From assembly GCA_045599035.1 (NCBI GenBank), contig JAZRVI010000007.1, positions 1 to 19,087 of the forward strand: a stretch of 19,087 nt of DNA, written 5' to 3'. Numbering within the stretch: position 1 is the first letter of the stretch; every line of letters begins with the position of its first letter. The position numbers were made by a program, and so were the translations under genes. Below are positions 1 to 9,108 of this stretch, in pieces. Below the pieces are notes generated by a model that searched no databases, had not been told where the DNA came from, and saw only the letters and a program-made list of their open reading frames with translations. Source of the DNA: Desulfocucumaceae bacterium. GTDB taxonomy: Bacteria > Bacillota > Desulfotomaculia > Desulfotomaculales > Desulfocucumaceae.

Positions 1-548
1 GCGTTCATAAACATTGCAGAAAATGTTCCAAACAGATTATTTCCAAGCCAGGCAGCTACTGCACCTGGAAAAACATATTTCAGAATCAGACCCGCCGCAA
101 TACCCAGCAGCAAACCTGCCATTATATTGATTAACTGCTGGTAACGGGATTTGTGGACACCAATTTCACAGATATTGATACCCCGGCTGTTTTTTAGCCG
201 AACATTATAGTACAGCACCTGATTCATAAGACCCCGGATAATGCTTTCAGTTTCCGGATCTGTTTCCTCTTCGCTCCGGAAATTATTTTCCAGATCTTCA
301 AGCTTAAACTCCTGGCCGGGACAGCGAATACGCAGACTGATTTTGCCCGGAAAGCTTCTGATGCCAATGCTGATTTTTGCTTTCGGATCTTTTGCGTGCT
401 GTACCATACCCACAAGAATTTCTTCTGTACTCAGCAATACCTGAGCAATTTCCTTACGATTCACCTTATAGCTGGCAAGGTTTTCCCGAATAAAGTCAAT
501 CCCTTCCGCTATATTTTCCGAGCTTGCTTTTAAAACAGTTTTATTCAT
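1..548 (-). CDS. 3'-truncated CDS (runs off window start). N-terminal cytoplasmic HATPase-like domain fused to a polytopic membrane transporter-like region, possibly of the dicarboxylate/amino-acid:cation symporter family.
   Basis: Own minus-strand translation from ATG (reverse complement of 546-548): MNKTVLKASSENIAEGIDFIRENLASYKVNRKEIAQ...KISIGIRSFPGKISLRIRCPGQEF..., then hydrophobic LINIMAGLLLGIAAGLILKYVFPGAVAAWLGNNLFGTFSAMFMN. There is no stop before position 1, which is why it is missing from the ORF track. AAGGAG lies 19 nt upstream of the ATG, a long spacing, so the exact start is uncertain. Confidence 0.5.
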   Translation of the reverse strand, partial: MNKTVLKASSENIAEGIDFIRENLASYKVNRKEIAQVLLSTEEILVGMVQHAKDPKAKISIGIRSFPGKISLRIRCPGQEFKLEDLENNFRSEEETDPETESIIRGLMNQVLYYNVRLKNSRGINICEIGVHKSRYQQLINIMAGLLLGIAAGLILKYVFPGAVAAWLGNNLFGTFSAMFMN

Positions 549-847
549 ATAATTAATTTTACTTTTTCTCCTTATAAAATATATACTGATTTGATCTTAT
601 AATCAGCAGATATATTTCTATGCTGTTTCAGCTTGATATAACCTGTTTTGGAAAGCTTGATACAGTTATTTATAATAACAATATAACCATTTACATAATT
701 AACAGTATAGTGTTCTTTAGTTCGATGTTTGACCTTGAATTTGGGAAAACCAGTCCTGGGATAAAGTTTTTGGCAGTCCGCAGATTTGGTTGAGTATTGG
801 CTAAAGCTAAATGGTGGGATAAATGCGGAACTTACACAAGCCGCAAA

Positions 848-887
848 TAAAACCCCAGAACCGACAAATAACTGACATAGTCTGGGG
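848..887 (-). terminator. Rho-independent terminator downstream of prs
   Basis: On the minus strand: CCCCAGA...(loop)...TCTGGGG followed by TTTTATTTG. It lies about 30 nt after the prs stop at 914. Confidence 0.4.
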
Positions 888-913
888 CAAATTTTGCAGT
901 TTTATCAAATTTT

Positions 914-1864
914 CTAATTATCATCAAATAATTTGCTGACACTGAGATTGCCGTTGATTCGGAAAATGGCTTCGCCCAGCAGGGGAGCCACTGACAGCAC
1001 CCGCATTTTGGGAATCATTTTGGTGGCGGGCAGGGCAATGGTATTGGTTACGACCACTTCTTTAATGGGGCTGTCCTGCAAACGGGCAATGGCCGGACCA
1101 CTTAAAACCGGATGGGTACAGCCGATATAAACATCTCTGGCTCCCAGCTCAATTAAAGCTTCCGCCCCTTTGGTAATGGTTCCGGCAGTATCAATCATAT
1201 CATCAATCATAATTACATTTTTATCTTTAATCTTGCCGATAACGCTCATAATTTCCGCAACATTAGGTTCTGGTCGTCTTTTGTCAATAATGGCCATCGA
1301 AAGACCCAATCTTTCCGCCAAAGCCCGGGTGCGGGTGACTCCGCCCAAATCCGGCGAAACCACAACGCAGTTTTCCGGCATATGCTGCCGAAAATATTCG
1401 GCCAAAATCGGCACTCCCAGCAGATGATCTACTGGAATATCAAAGAAGCCCTGAATTTGGTTGGCGTGCAAATCAACTGTAACCAAACGATCAATGCCGC
1501 TGGCAGTCAGCAGATTGGCTACCAATTTGGCGGTGATGGGATCTCTGGCTCTGGCCTTGCGATCCTGGCGGGCATAGCCGTAATAGGGGATTACCGCTGT
1601 AATTCTTTGAGCGGAAGCTCTTTTGATGGCATCGGCCATAATTAATAATTCCATTAGATGCTCATTGGCTGGCTGGCTGGTTGGCTGAATAATAAAAACA
1701 TCAGCTCCCCGAACGCTTTCGTCTATTTTAAGCTGAATTTCTCCATCTGAAAAGCGGGTTATGTTGGAATGCCCCACCGGCACTCCCAAATAATCAGCAA
1801 TTTCTTTGGCTAATTGGGGATTAGCATTACAAGTAAAAATTTTAAGATTTTTTTTTGCTGGCAT
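914..1864 (-). CDS. prs: Ribose-phosphate pyrophosphokinase (PRPP synthetase)
   Basis: 316-aa ORF with a full-length Prs signature: [27 protein letters not shown]...[17 protein letters not shown]...[10 protein letters not shown]. It sits immediately downstream of glmU, as in the Bacillota gcaD-prs operon. GGAGG lies upstream of the ATG. Confidence 0.95.
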   Translation of the reverse strand: MPAKKNLKIFTCNANPQLAKEIADYLGVPVGHSNITRFSDGEIQLKIDESVRGADVFIIQPTSQPANEHLMELLIMADAIKRASAQRITAVIPYYGYARQDRKARARDPITAKLVANLLTASGIDRLVTVDLHANQIQGFFDIPVDHLLGVPILAEYFRQHMPENCVVVSPDLGGVTRTRALAERLGLSMAIIDKRRPEPNVAEIMSVIGKIKDKNVIMIDDMIDTAGTITKGAEALIELGARDVYIGCTHPVLSGPAIARLQDSPIKEVVVTNTIALPATKMIPKMRVLSVAPLLGEAIFRINGNLSVSKLFDDN

Positions 1865-1946
1865 TAGTTAGACCTCCAAAACCGTATATGCTCTCTTGTT
1901 TCGACATTTTTTCCAGTGAACCCTGCTTCCACCCAAATAATTCTGT

Positions 1947-3311
1947 TTATTTTTTGTGAGAGCTGGGCCAGCCTTCCAGGATCTTTTGCTGTTCCCGGGT
2001 CAAAGCCAAAGCATCAGAGGGGACATCCCTGGTAATGGTCGAACCAGCTCCAGTAACAGCTCCAGCTCCGATTCTGACTGGAGCCACCAGGTTGCTGTTG
2101 CTGCCAATAAAGGCTCCGTCTTCAATTATGGTAGGCCATTTATTTTTGCCGTCATAATTGCAGGTAATGGTTCCGGCTCCAATATTAACATTGCGGCCAA
2201 TTTCCGTATCCCCCACATAGCTTAAGTGGGGAACCTTGCTGCCCTGAGCAACGGAGGTCTTTTTCAATTCCACAAAATCTCCAATTTTAACTCCTTCGGC
2301 CAAAACGCAGCCGGGACGAATGTAGCTGAAAGGCCCCACTGTGCAGCGATCCCCAATTACGCTGTCTTCAACCAAAGCATTCCGGATTTTTACTCCCTGA
2401 CCCAATTTGGCTCCAAAAAGCTGAACATTGGGTCCAACAATGCAGTTTTCCCCAATCATGGAACCATCATAAACAAAGGTGTTGGGATAGATAATGGTAT
2501 CCCGGCCAATAATTACATTTTTATTAATATAGGTGCTGTTGGGATCTAAAATGGTCACCCCATTCAGCATAAAGCCTTCAATCAGGCGGTGCCGCATTAA
2601 AACTTCAGCCTTGGCCAACTGGATTCGATCATTGACTCCCAGAATTTCTTCCCTGGAGGCCGCCGGCAAAGCCTGAATTTTTTGTCCGGCTTTGCGGTAA
2701 AGCTCCATAATATCGGTTAAATAATATTCGCCCTGGGCATTGTCGGCCTGCAATTGTCCCAATTTGTCAAATAAATTTTCGGCGGCAAAGCAGTACATTC
2801 CGGTGTTAATTTCATTAATAGAAGCTTCTTCTTCCGTAGCATCCTTTTGTTCAACAATGCGAATAAAGTTATTAAAGCCATCCCGGATAATTCGTCCATA
2901 GCCAAAGGGAATTTCCAAATGAGCCGTTAAAACGGTGGCTTCGGTCTGGTATTTTTGATGAGCAGCCACCAACTGCTTTAAAGTAGCGGCCTGAATCAGG
3001 GGCGTATCCCCGCATAAAACCAGAATATCTCCAGAGAAATCCTGTAAAATCGGTTTGGCTTGCAGCAAAGCATGAGCGGTTCCCAACTGTTCTGCCTGCA
3101 AAACCACTTCGGCTCTCTTTCCGGCCTGCTCCAGAACCTGTTCATAACCAAAACCGGCTACTACTACCACTTTATCCGCTCCGGCAGCATAGGCGGCATC
3201 TAAAACATAATCCACCATAGCCACTCCGCAAATTTCATGCAAAACTTTGGGTTTGCTGCTTTTCATGCGGGTTCCTTTACCCGCAGCCAAAATTACGGCT
3301 GCTAAAGACAT
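1947..3311 (-). CDS. glmU: Bifunctional UDP-N-acetylglucosamine pyrophosphorylase / glucosamine-1-phosphate N-acetyltransferase
   Basis: 454 aa. N-terminal nucleotidyltransferase motif LAAGKGTRMKSSKPKVLH. C-terminal left-handed beta-helix hexapeptide repeats (IG, VG runs). AAAGGAGTG Shine-Dalgarno 7 nt upstream. Confidence 0.95.
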   Translation of the reverse strand: MSLAAVILAAGKGTRMKSSKPKVLHEICGVAMVDYVLDAAYAAGADKVVVVAGFGYEQVLEQAGKRAEVVLQAEQLGTAHALLQAKPILQDFSGDILVLCGDTPLIQAATLKQLVAAHQKYQTEATVLTAHLEIPFGYGRIIRDGFNNFIRIVEQKDATEEEASINEINTGMYCFAAENLFDKLGQLQADNAQGEYYLTDIMELYRKAGQKIQALPAASREEILGVNDRIQLAKAEVLMRHRLIEGFMLNGVTILDPNSTYINKNVIIGRDTIIYPNTFVYDGSMIGENCIVGPNVQLFGAKLGQGVKIRNALVEDSVIGDRCTVGPFSYIRPGCVLAEGVKIGDFVELKKTSVAQGSKVPHLSYVGDTEIGRNVNIGAGTITCNYDGKNKWPTIIEDGAFIGSNSNLVAPVRIGAGAVTGAGSTITRDVPSDALALTREQQKILEGWPSSHKK

Positions 3312-3342
3312 TGTATTATCACTCCTTTAAAACTTTATCCGG

Positions 3343-4086
3343 TTAAGCTAAAAATTGTTCTACCATCTGGAGATCTTCCGGCTTATCCACATCTATTCCG
3401 ATTTCTGGAAAAGAACTGATAATAACAGTTCCTTTAACCTGCAAAACTTCACTGACCCTTTTTTCGGCTTCAGCCAGGCTTAATCGTCCCAGCATCAGCT
3501 TAATTAAAAAGCTCTTGCCAATTATTCCCCCCAAAGCCAAAGGGTTTTTGCGGGCATCAATTAATTTGCTGCCCACCGACCAGCATTGCTCCAGACCGGC
3601 TGGCCGCAGCAAAATTAAATTGCCTCCGGTGAATACTCCATCCTTCAGCTTGACAAAGGTGCGTTTGCTTTCAGGATATTTGGCCAAAACACTTTCCTGA
3701 CTGACGGCTGAATAATATAAATCAGCTTCCTTGGCCTGGCAAAGCTGCAAAAAATCCTGAATGGCTGCCGGGGTAATCAGGGGAATATCGCAGGTAATTA
3801 CCAAAACCTCCTGAGCTTCAGGAATCTGAGCCAGACCATGTTGAGCACTTTGCAAAGGATCAGCTCCGCTTTCCACCAAAATAGTGCCTTCCGGCAAAAA
3901 GGGTCTCAGCTCCTCCGAGCCGATGACCACTATTTGTCCCAATTCCGGAACTGCCGCCAAAGCTTGCAGGACATAGCTTAACATAACCTGACCATTCAGC
4001 TCAATTAAAGCCTCCTGGGAAGCTGGAGAACAAGTCTGGAGTCGGCCGTCATTGGGACTGCCGGCCAAAAGCAAAACATCCACCAT
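3343..4086 (-). CDS. MobA-like NTP-transferase domain protein (nucleotidyltransferase, substrate unknown)
   Basis: 247 aa. N-terminal LLLAGSPNDGRL, IVVIGSEE and VITCDIPLITPAAI resemble the NTP_transf_3 / MobA / CofC-like fold. The Shine-Dalgarno is weak. It lies between the GntR regulator and glmU. Confidence 0.65.
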   Translation of the reverse strand: MVDVLLLAGSPNDGRLQTCSPASQEALIELNGQVMLSYVLQALAAVPELGQIVVIGSEELRPFLPEGTILVESGADPLQSAQHGLAQIPEAQEVLVITCDIPLITPAAIQDFLQLCQAKEADLYYSAVSQESVLAKYPESKRTFVKLKDGVFTGGNLILLRPAGLEQCWSVGSKLIDARKNPLALGGIIGKSFLIKLMLGRLSLAEAEKRVSEVLQVKGTVIISSFPEIGIDVDKPEDLQMVEQFLA

Positions 4087-4269
4087 TTTATAATTCCGTT
4101 GCCAAAACCTTATAAAAATCTATAAAGCATGGTATATATTAACACAATCCTATTGGTGATTTATGCTAATTTATTTGCCTTTCGATCTTTATAGTTTTGA
4201 CATACTCCTTTCCCTGTTTATTTATTTCACATTTTCGAGATACTTTGCACTGCAATCCATGCAATCTTT

Positions 4270-4983
4270 TTATAGCTTTTTATGCATATTTACATATGTT
4301 TCTTGACTGTTCACCGACTCCTGCAAAGAATTAAGCAAAATTTGTTCTGCTGCTTCAATATGTTCCCTAGCCATGGCCATGGCCAATTCTGAATTGCGAT
4401 CTCCAATGGCTTCCACAATTCTGCGGTGTTCTTCCACCGCATCCTTGGAACGCCCCGGCTGGGACAGGGAGGTTTTGCGAAAACGCTGAATCTGTTCCTT
4501 GAGATGGACGATAATCTGGAATAGTCTTTCATTGCGGGAAGCCTGATAAATTAATTCGTGAAAATGGGTGTCGCTGGAAACAATGCCGTCCAAATCAGTT
4601 TTGGCACATTCCTCTGCATAAACGGCCAGCGAGCGTTCCAATTCGTCCATTTCGTCGTCTGTAATCCGGTCGGCGGCCAGTGAAGCAGCCAGTCCCTCCA
4701 GGGCCGTCCGTACTTCAAAAACTTCAATAATATCTTTCATGGAAATTCCAGCCACAAAAGCTCCTTTGCGGGGTACCATAACGACAAATCCGTCCAGCTC
4801 CAATTTGCGAATGGCTTCTCGAATGGGAGTTCGGCTGACTCCGATTTCTTCTGCCAGTTGAATCTCCATCAGGCGTTCTCCCGGCTTTAAAACTCCCTGA
4901 ATAATTGCTTCCCGCAAGGACTCAAAAACCAGTTCCCGCAAGGGCTTGTAATTATCCAATTGAATAGGAATTAATCTCGACAT
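4270..4983 (-). CDS. GntR-family (FadR-type, FCD C-terminal domain) transcriptional regulator
   Basis: ORF-track 4270..5052 re-started at MSRLIPIQ (ATG as reverse complement of 4981-4983) with GGTGG 8 nt upstream. Winged-HTH ERLMEIQLAEEIGVSRTPIREAIRKLELDGFV is followed by an all-helical effector domain. It overlaps the ispE 3' end by about 13 nt. Confidence 0.85.
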   Translation of the reverse strand: MSRLIPIQLDNYKPLRELVFESLREAIIQGVLKPGERLMEIQLAEEIGVSRTPIREAIRKLELDGFVVMVPRKGAFVAGISMKDIIEVFEVRTALEGLAASLAADRITDDEMDELERSLAVYAEECAKTDLDGIVSSDTHFHELIYQASRNERLFQIIVHLKEQIQRFRKTSLSQPGRSKDAVEEHRRIVEAIGDRNSELAMAMAREHIEAAEQILLNSLQESVNSQETYVNMHKKL

Positions 4984-5855
4984 AAAATCCCACCTTCTTG
5001 ACTTATGCCCTGAGCGGCAAAGGAAGTAAAATATATTTGCATTTGAGGCCATTTGGCTTCAATTTTTTTAGCTGCCGCCTGAGCTTTATTTATTTCTGAA
5101 TATAAGCCATATAAACAACTGCCGCTGCCTGTCATTAAAACTCCTTGAGCCTGGGTTTTTTGCAGAGCTTTTTTAATTGGTCTTAGTTCTGGATAAAGCC
5201 GAAAGGCGGGTTCCTCCAGGACATTAATCAGCTTGACTCCCGACCAGCTTCCAATGGCCAGAGCTTTGGCCAGCTTTCGATTATCCGGCTGCCGTGGGGC
5301 AGGATGACAGTCATATTCCTGATAAGCTTTGGCGGTAGAAATCCCCCAGGGGGGCTGAACCAGCAAAACCTGAGGCTTGACCCTACAGGTCAAAGGCTGA
5401 AGCTTTTCACCCTGACCAGAAGCCAGGGCACAGCCTCCGCTTAAACAAAAAGGTACATCCGAACCCAGCTCCAAAGCCAGCACCTGCAACTGCTCCAACG
5501 AAAGGCCGAGCTGCCACAGCTCATTCAGACCCGCCAAAACTGCCGCCGCATCAGCCGAGCCGCCTCCCAAACCGGCTTGCGTGGGGATCCTTTTTTGAAT
5601 GAAAATATTTACACCCTGAGGACAGTCACAGGCTTTTTGCAGCAGTTGAGCCGCTTTATAAGCCAGGTTTCTTTGATCCCAGGGGATATAGGGTTGATCT
5701 CCGCTTAACTCAATTTGGGATTTAGTTAAACGCAAATCAATCACATCGGCCAACTCCAGGCTTTGCACAATCATTTCCAGATTGTGATAGCCATTGGGCA
5801 AAAAGCCGGTAATGCCCAAAGACAAATTAATTTTAGCATGAGCCAATAAACGCAT
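4971..5855 (-). CDS. ispE: 4-diphosphocytidyl-2-C-methyl-D-erythritol kinase
   Basis: ORF-track 4971..5936 re-started at MRLLAHAKINLSLGITG (ATG as reverse complement of 5853-5855). GHMP-kinase motif PTQAGLGGGSADAAA. AAGGGG Shine-Dalgarno upstream. Confidence 0.9.
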   Translation of the reverse strand: MRLLAHAKINLSLGITGFLPNGYHNLEMIVQSLELADVIDLRLTKSQIELSGDQPYIPWDQRNLAYKAAQLLQKACDCPQGVNIFIQKRIPTQAGLGGGSADAAAVLAGLNELWQLGLSLEQLQVLALELGSDVPFCLSGGCALASGQGEKLQPLTCRVKPQVLLVQPPWGISTAKAYQEYDCHPAPRQPDNRKLAKALAIGSWSGVKLINVLEEPAFRLYPELRPIKKALQKTQAQGVLMTGSGSCLYGLYSEINKAQAAAKKIEAKWPQMQIYFTSFAAQGISQEGGILCRD

Positions 5856-5963
5856 TTTCCCCTTAACCTTTCGGCTGAAATTACATACACTATTATTATA
5901 CCTTGTTTCACTCTGGTAAAACAGCCAGTTTACCAAATTTTTTTACAAGGAGCGTGATTTAGT

Positions 5964-6653
5964 GTGGATTATAGACCTGGTATTCACATTTGCACCCGGC
6001 AAAGACAGCTTTGCTTTGTTGACGGCCGGCAGCCGCCCTTGATTTTTCCGGTGGGGCTGGGTCGGCCGCATACCCCGACTCCGCATGGCCGTTATCGGAT
6101 TCAGGTCAAGCTGATTAATCCGGGCGGCAATTTGGGCAGCCGCTGGTTGGGATTGAATATTGCTCCCGGAAATTATGGCATTCATGGCACCAATTTGCCA
6201 TCTTCCATTGGAGGCTATGTTTCCAATGGCTGCATTAGGATGCACAATCGGGACATTGAAAGAATTTTTCCTCATATTTCTGTGGGTACTCCGGTACATA
6301 TTGGAATTTATGAGCCTTTTAATCGGAAGCCGCCGGTTCCTCAATCCCCCAAACCGCCTCTTAACCAGCCGCCGCCAGCTCCTCAACCGCCCAAGCCGCC
6401 TCTTAATCAGCAGCCGCCAGCCCCTCAACCGCCCAAACCGCCTCAGCCCGGATTGCCGCCCGGTTCTCCGCCGTCCCCGCCGTCTGTCCAGCCTCCGTCT
6501 TCCCAACCAATGACTGGTTATAAGGTCAAGGAAGGGGATACTTTGTTTGAAATCGCCAATTCCCTGGGGCTTTCGCTGGACACCCTCCTGAAAGCTAATC
6601 CGGATTTAGATCCCTATAATTTGCGTCCAGGGCAAATTATCAAGCTGCCTTAA
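5964..6653 (+). CDS. L,D-transpeptidase (YkuD domain) with a Pro-rich linker and C-terminal LysM domain
   Basis: GTG start with AAGGAG 11 nt upstream. Catalytic-domain motifs HGT...SNGCIRM (conserved His/Cys). Linker of PPKPP/PQPP repeats. C-terminal LysM YKVKEGDTLFEIANSLGLSLDTLLKANPDL...PGQIIKLP. No signal peptide is evident. Confidence 0.85.
   Translation: MDYRPGIHICTRQRQLCFVDGRQPPLIFPVGLGRPHTPTPHGRYRIQVKLINPGGNLGSRWLGLNIAPGNYGIHGTNLPSSIGGYVSNGCIRMHNRDIERIFPHISVGTPVHIGIYEPFNRKPPVPQSPKPPLNQPPPAPQPPKPPLNQQPPAPQPPKPPQPGLPPGSPPSPPSVQPPSSQPMTGYKVKEGDTLFEIANSLGLSLDTLLKANPDLDPYNLRPGQIIKLP
6348..6449 (+). repeat. Tandem direct repeat of about 2.4 copies of a 42-nt unit, encoding PKPPLNQ(Q)PPAPQP
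   Basis: Unit 1 at 6348-6389: cccaaaccgcctcttaaccagccgccgccagctcctcaaccg. Unit 2 at 6390-6431: cccaagccgcctcttaatcagcagccgccagcccctcaaccg. Partial unit 3 at 6432-6449. All lie inside the L,D-transpeptidase CDS. Confidence 0.8.
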
Positions 6654-6688
6654 TAAAGGTTTAGCAAAAGCAGACTGAAATTCCAAAA

Positions 6689-6729
6689 GACCCTCTAAGA
6701 CAAGAGTCTTGTTCTTGTCTTAGAGGGTC
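6689..6729. terminator. Bidirectional rho-independent terminator between convergent genes
   Basis: Perfect 16-bp stem GACCCTCTAAGACAAG / CTTGTCTTAGAGGGTC with a 9-nt loop. T-run on the minus-strand side (TTTTGGAA) and an A/T stretch on the plus side. Confidence 0.6.
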
Positions 6730-6767
6730 GGTAAAGTTCAAAAAATTTGAAAGCTTTTCGGGGTTGT

Positions 6768-7838
6768 TTAGACGGTAGCTGTTCCACATTCGGAACAAAA
6801 CTTACCGCTGACCATTTTGCGGCAGTTGGGGCAAAAACGATCTCCGCCGACTGTTCCGGTGGCCTGCTGCACCTCTTTACCACATTCTGGACAGAATTTG
6901 ACGGCTTGAGCAAAGCTTTGGCCGCAGCCGGTGCATTGCCAGGAGCCGCCGCCCTTGCCGGGAGCCGCCGTTTGTGAGAATGACTGCTGGTTTTGCTGGG
7001 TCATCTGTTGAGCCATTTGCATTCCCATGGCCATTTGAGCGGCAAAGGCAGCCGGATTGTTTCCGTTTCCCGGCTGGTTGAAGCTTTCGGCCAAATTAAC
7101 CGCGGCGAATTTGCCGGTATCGGTTACAAAGGACTGAGAAGCCACTTTTTCTGCCATTTTCTGCACTTCCGGCGGATAGTTGAAGGAATTAATATTAACA
7201 TCCTTGACACTCAAACCAAAGTCAAATAATTCCTTATCCAATTCAGCCGCAATAATTTTGCCCAAAGACCGGCTGTTCCGCTGCAATTCAAACAAAACAT
7301 TCAGGCCAACCTGAGTTTGACCATTTAAAATAGCTTCGGCCAAAACTGCGTTCATTTCTCCCAGGATTCTTTCGGAAATATCCTGCAAAGTATAGGTGGA
7401 TTTAACCCCGGCCACATTGGTAATAAATTTAAGATAATCACTGAAGCCAATAATCATATTCCCATTGCAGCCTACTGGAACTCCGGAAGCTACTTCCGGG
7501 GTGGGAATCATAATCCGCTGTTTGGTTCCCCACCGCAACAGCAATTCCTTGGAATTAATAAAATAAATTTCGGCTCGAATGCCGGAGTCACCCCGCAATT
7601 TAACAATACCCTGCAAGGTGCTTAAAAAGGGAACGATTTCGCTTTGAATATCAAAGGATCCTTCATCCTCAAAGATTCCATTAATGCAGCCGCCGGAATA
7701 AAAAATTGCTTTTTGACCGGGGCGAATAATTAATTTGGAACCTTTTTTTATTTCATTGTTGGGCCATTTATAAAACAAAACATCTGGTCTGAATTCATTC
7801 CATTCAATGGTATCCTTACCCTGTCCAAACCATGCCAT
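6768..7838 (-). CDS. SPFH/Band-7-like protein (YdjI-like PspA partner) with Gln/Met-rich linker and C-terminal double zinc ribbon
   Basis: ORF-track 6768..7868 re-started at MAWFGQGKDTIEWNEF (GGAGG 7 nt upstream). SPFH-like core of about 260 aa. Low-complexity AQMAMGMQMAQQMTQQNQQ. Four CxxC pairs: CTGCGQ...CPECGK and CPNCRK...CSECGT. Confidence 0.8.
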   Translation of the reverse strand: MAWFGQGKDTIEWNEFRPDVLFYKWPNNEIKKGSKLIIRPGQKAIFYSGGCINGIFEDEGSFDIQSEIVPFLSTLQGIVKLRGDSGIRAEIYFINSKELLLRWGTKQRIMIPTPEVASGVPVGCNGNMIIGFSDYLKFITNVAGVKSTYTLQDISERILGEMNAVLAEAILNGQTQVGLNVLFELQRNSRSLGKIIAAELDKELFDFGLSVKDVNINSFNYPPEVQKMAEKVASQSFVTDTGKFAAVNLAESFNQPGNGNNPAAFAAQMAMGMQMAQQMTQQNQQSFSQTAAPGKGGGSWQCTGCGQSFAQAVKFCPECGKEVQQATGTVGGDRFCPNCRKMVSGKFCSECGTATV

Positions 7839-7953
7839 ACTGTATCCTCCTTGCTTGATTCGATTCAATTAATAAGTAAAAGCTCTGGTTTTGCAGGAAG
7901 CACCCGCTAATCAGAGCGTTTTTTCTTTAACTAAACAATAAAATTACACTGCC

Positions 7954-9108
7954 CTAACTGTTAAAGTAATATAATAAAGCAATGACTGCTATAGCTGCCA
8001 GAATTGCCGCCCCGATTTTCCAGGGACTGTAGGGACGATCCCCGCTGACAACGCCGGTTTCTCCATTAATGATATATTCATAGTGCTTGTTGTTAAACAT
8101 AAAAACGGCTTTCCAAATGGGGAGCAGCAGGTGCTTGTACATAACATCATAATATTGGGTCTGCATGGAATTGATTTCCGCTTCATCATAAGTCCGCAAA
8201 ATTTCCTGTCTGGCCATGTCTTTCAGATTCGATTCCATAGCCTCTTTAGCTTTTTCAAAGCCGGCATCGGCTTTAATAGAATAATGCTCTGCTGAAAAGC
8301 CGGACAAATAGGACGGATCGTAAGGCAGGGTTTTATTGGTTGTGCTAAAAGGCAGAATGTTTCTGATATGAGCATTGTGTTCGTGCTGCTTGGAAGCACA
8401 AATGGTCACATCATCAAAGAAATTATGCACCGTACCGCTGACTGAATACCATTTAGTTTTGGTTTCAGTGTTGCCTTCACTATCTTCAACTGTATAATTA
8501 TTTCCGCCTCGTCCCCAATAATAAGCTGTAGCTTGAGCATCATAAGTCCAGAAGGGCATATACATTCCTTTCAGGCAGCCCTCCTGATAAGATCTTTTCA
8601 GGCTGGAGGGAGCAAACCAGCGGCTCTTAATCCACAGCCGGAATTTTTCCTGAGCATCATATTGATCGATTTTAAAGGGAATAACCCCTTCCGGCGGAAT
8701 CCCGGCAGTTTGTTTGGAAGATACCACTTGGGAGGAACCGCACATTGGACAAACAGTGGCGGTGGTATAAGTATCCAGAATAACTTCCCCGCCGCAGCCC
8801 TGACAGGTAAAGCTGCTGCTGCCCTCAAAAGAGGTGGAGCGGCTTTCCCGCTGGTGATATTCCCTGAAATCATATTCCTTAATTTCGCGGTTGGCATTGG
8901 CGATTTTTTCTTCTCCGCCACAGGAGGAGCATTTAAACTGCTGAGAATTAATGTCAAAGGACATAGTACCGCCGCAGTTGGGGCAAATAAAACTTTGGAT
9001 TTCCGGGGCTTCCCGGTTTGGGGATTTCTGATTTCCTTCTGATTCTGGCTCGTTTGGCATATTTCTTTCTTCTGCTTCAGAAGGAATATCAATTCTGACT
9101 TTGCTCAA
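7954..9108 (-). CDS. YdjG-like protein: N-terminal double zinc ribbon, central conserved domain, C-terminal transmembrane anchor (PspA-associated)
   Basis: 384 aa. CPNCGG...CSSCGG and CQGCGG...CPMCGS. C-terminal TM IGAAILAAIAVIALLYYF. TTG start 12 nt after the pspA stop with no clear Shine-Dalgarno; an alternative ATG lies 16 codons in (MPNEPESEG). Confidence 0.75.
   Translation of the reverse strand: MSKVRIDIPSEAEERNMPNEPESEGNQKSPNREAPEIQSFICPNCGGTMSFDINSQQFKCSSCGGEEKIANANREIKEYDFREYHQRESRSTSFEGSSSFTCQGCGGEVILDTYTTATVCPMCGSSQVVSSKQTAGIPPEGVIPFKIDQYDAQEKFRLWIKSRWFAPSSLKRSYQEGCLKGMYMPFWTYDAQATAYYWGRGGNNYTVEDSEGNTETKTKWYSVSGTVHNFFDDVTICASKQHEHNAHIRNILPFSTTNKTLPYDPSYLSGFSAEHYSIKADAGFEKAKEAMESNLKDMARQEILRTYDEAEINSMQTQYYDVMYKHLLLPIWKAVFMFNNKHYEYIINGETGVVSGDRPYSPWKIGAAILAAIAVIALLYYFNS

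Noticed and set aside
4971-5936. ORF-track N-terminal extensions (ispE MVNWLF..., GntR MASNAN..., SPFH TTG-MNRIKQGG..., membrane protein GTG-MKGM..., nuoE-like TTG-MAKAKAK..., YbjN-like MKGENS...)
   Set aside because: In each case a downstream ATG has a properly spaced Shine-Dalgarno and coincides with the start of family homology. The upstream extensions lack a Shine-Dalgarno or overlap the preceding gene extensively.
5943-6506. 187-aa Arg-rich minus-strand ORF (MGRRRLDRRRGRRR...)
   Set aside because: It is entirely antisense to the L,D-transpeptidase gene. The Arg-rich composition is simply the reverse-complement reading of the Pro-rich CCG/CCN repeats. There is no Shine-Dalgarno and no independent support.
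8533-9092. 169-aa plus-strand and 164-aa minus-strand ORFs overlapping the YdjG-like gene
   Set aside because: They are alternative frames of a well-supported CDS. They are low-complexity (G/A/P/L-rich) with no Shine-Dalgarno.
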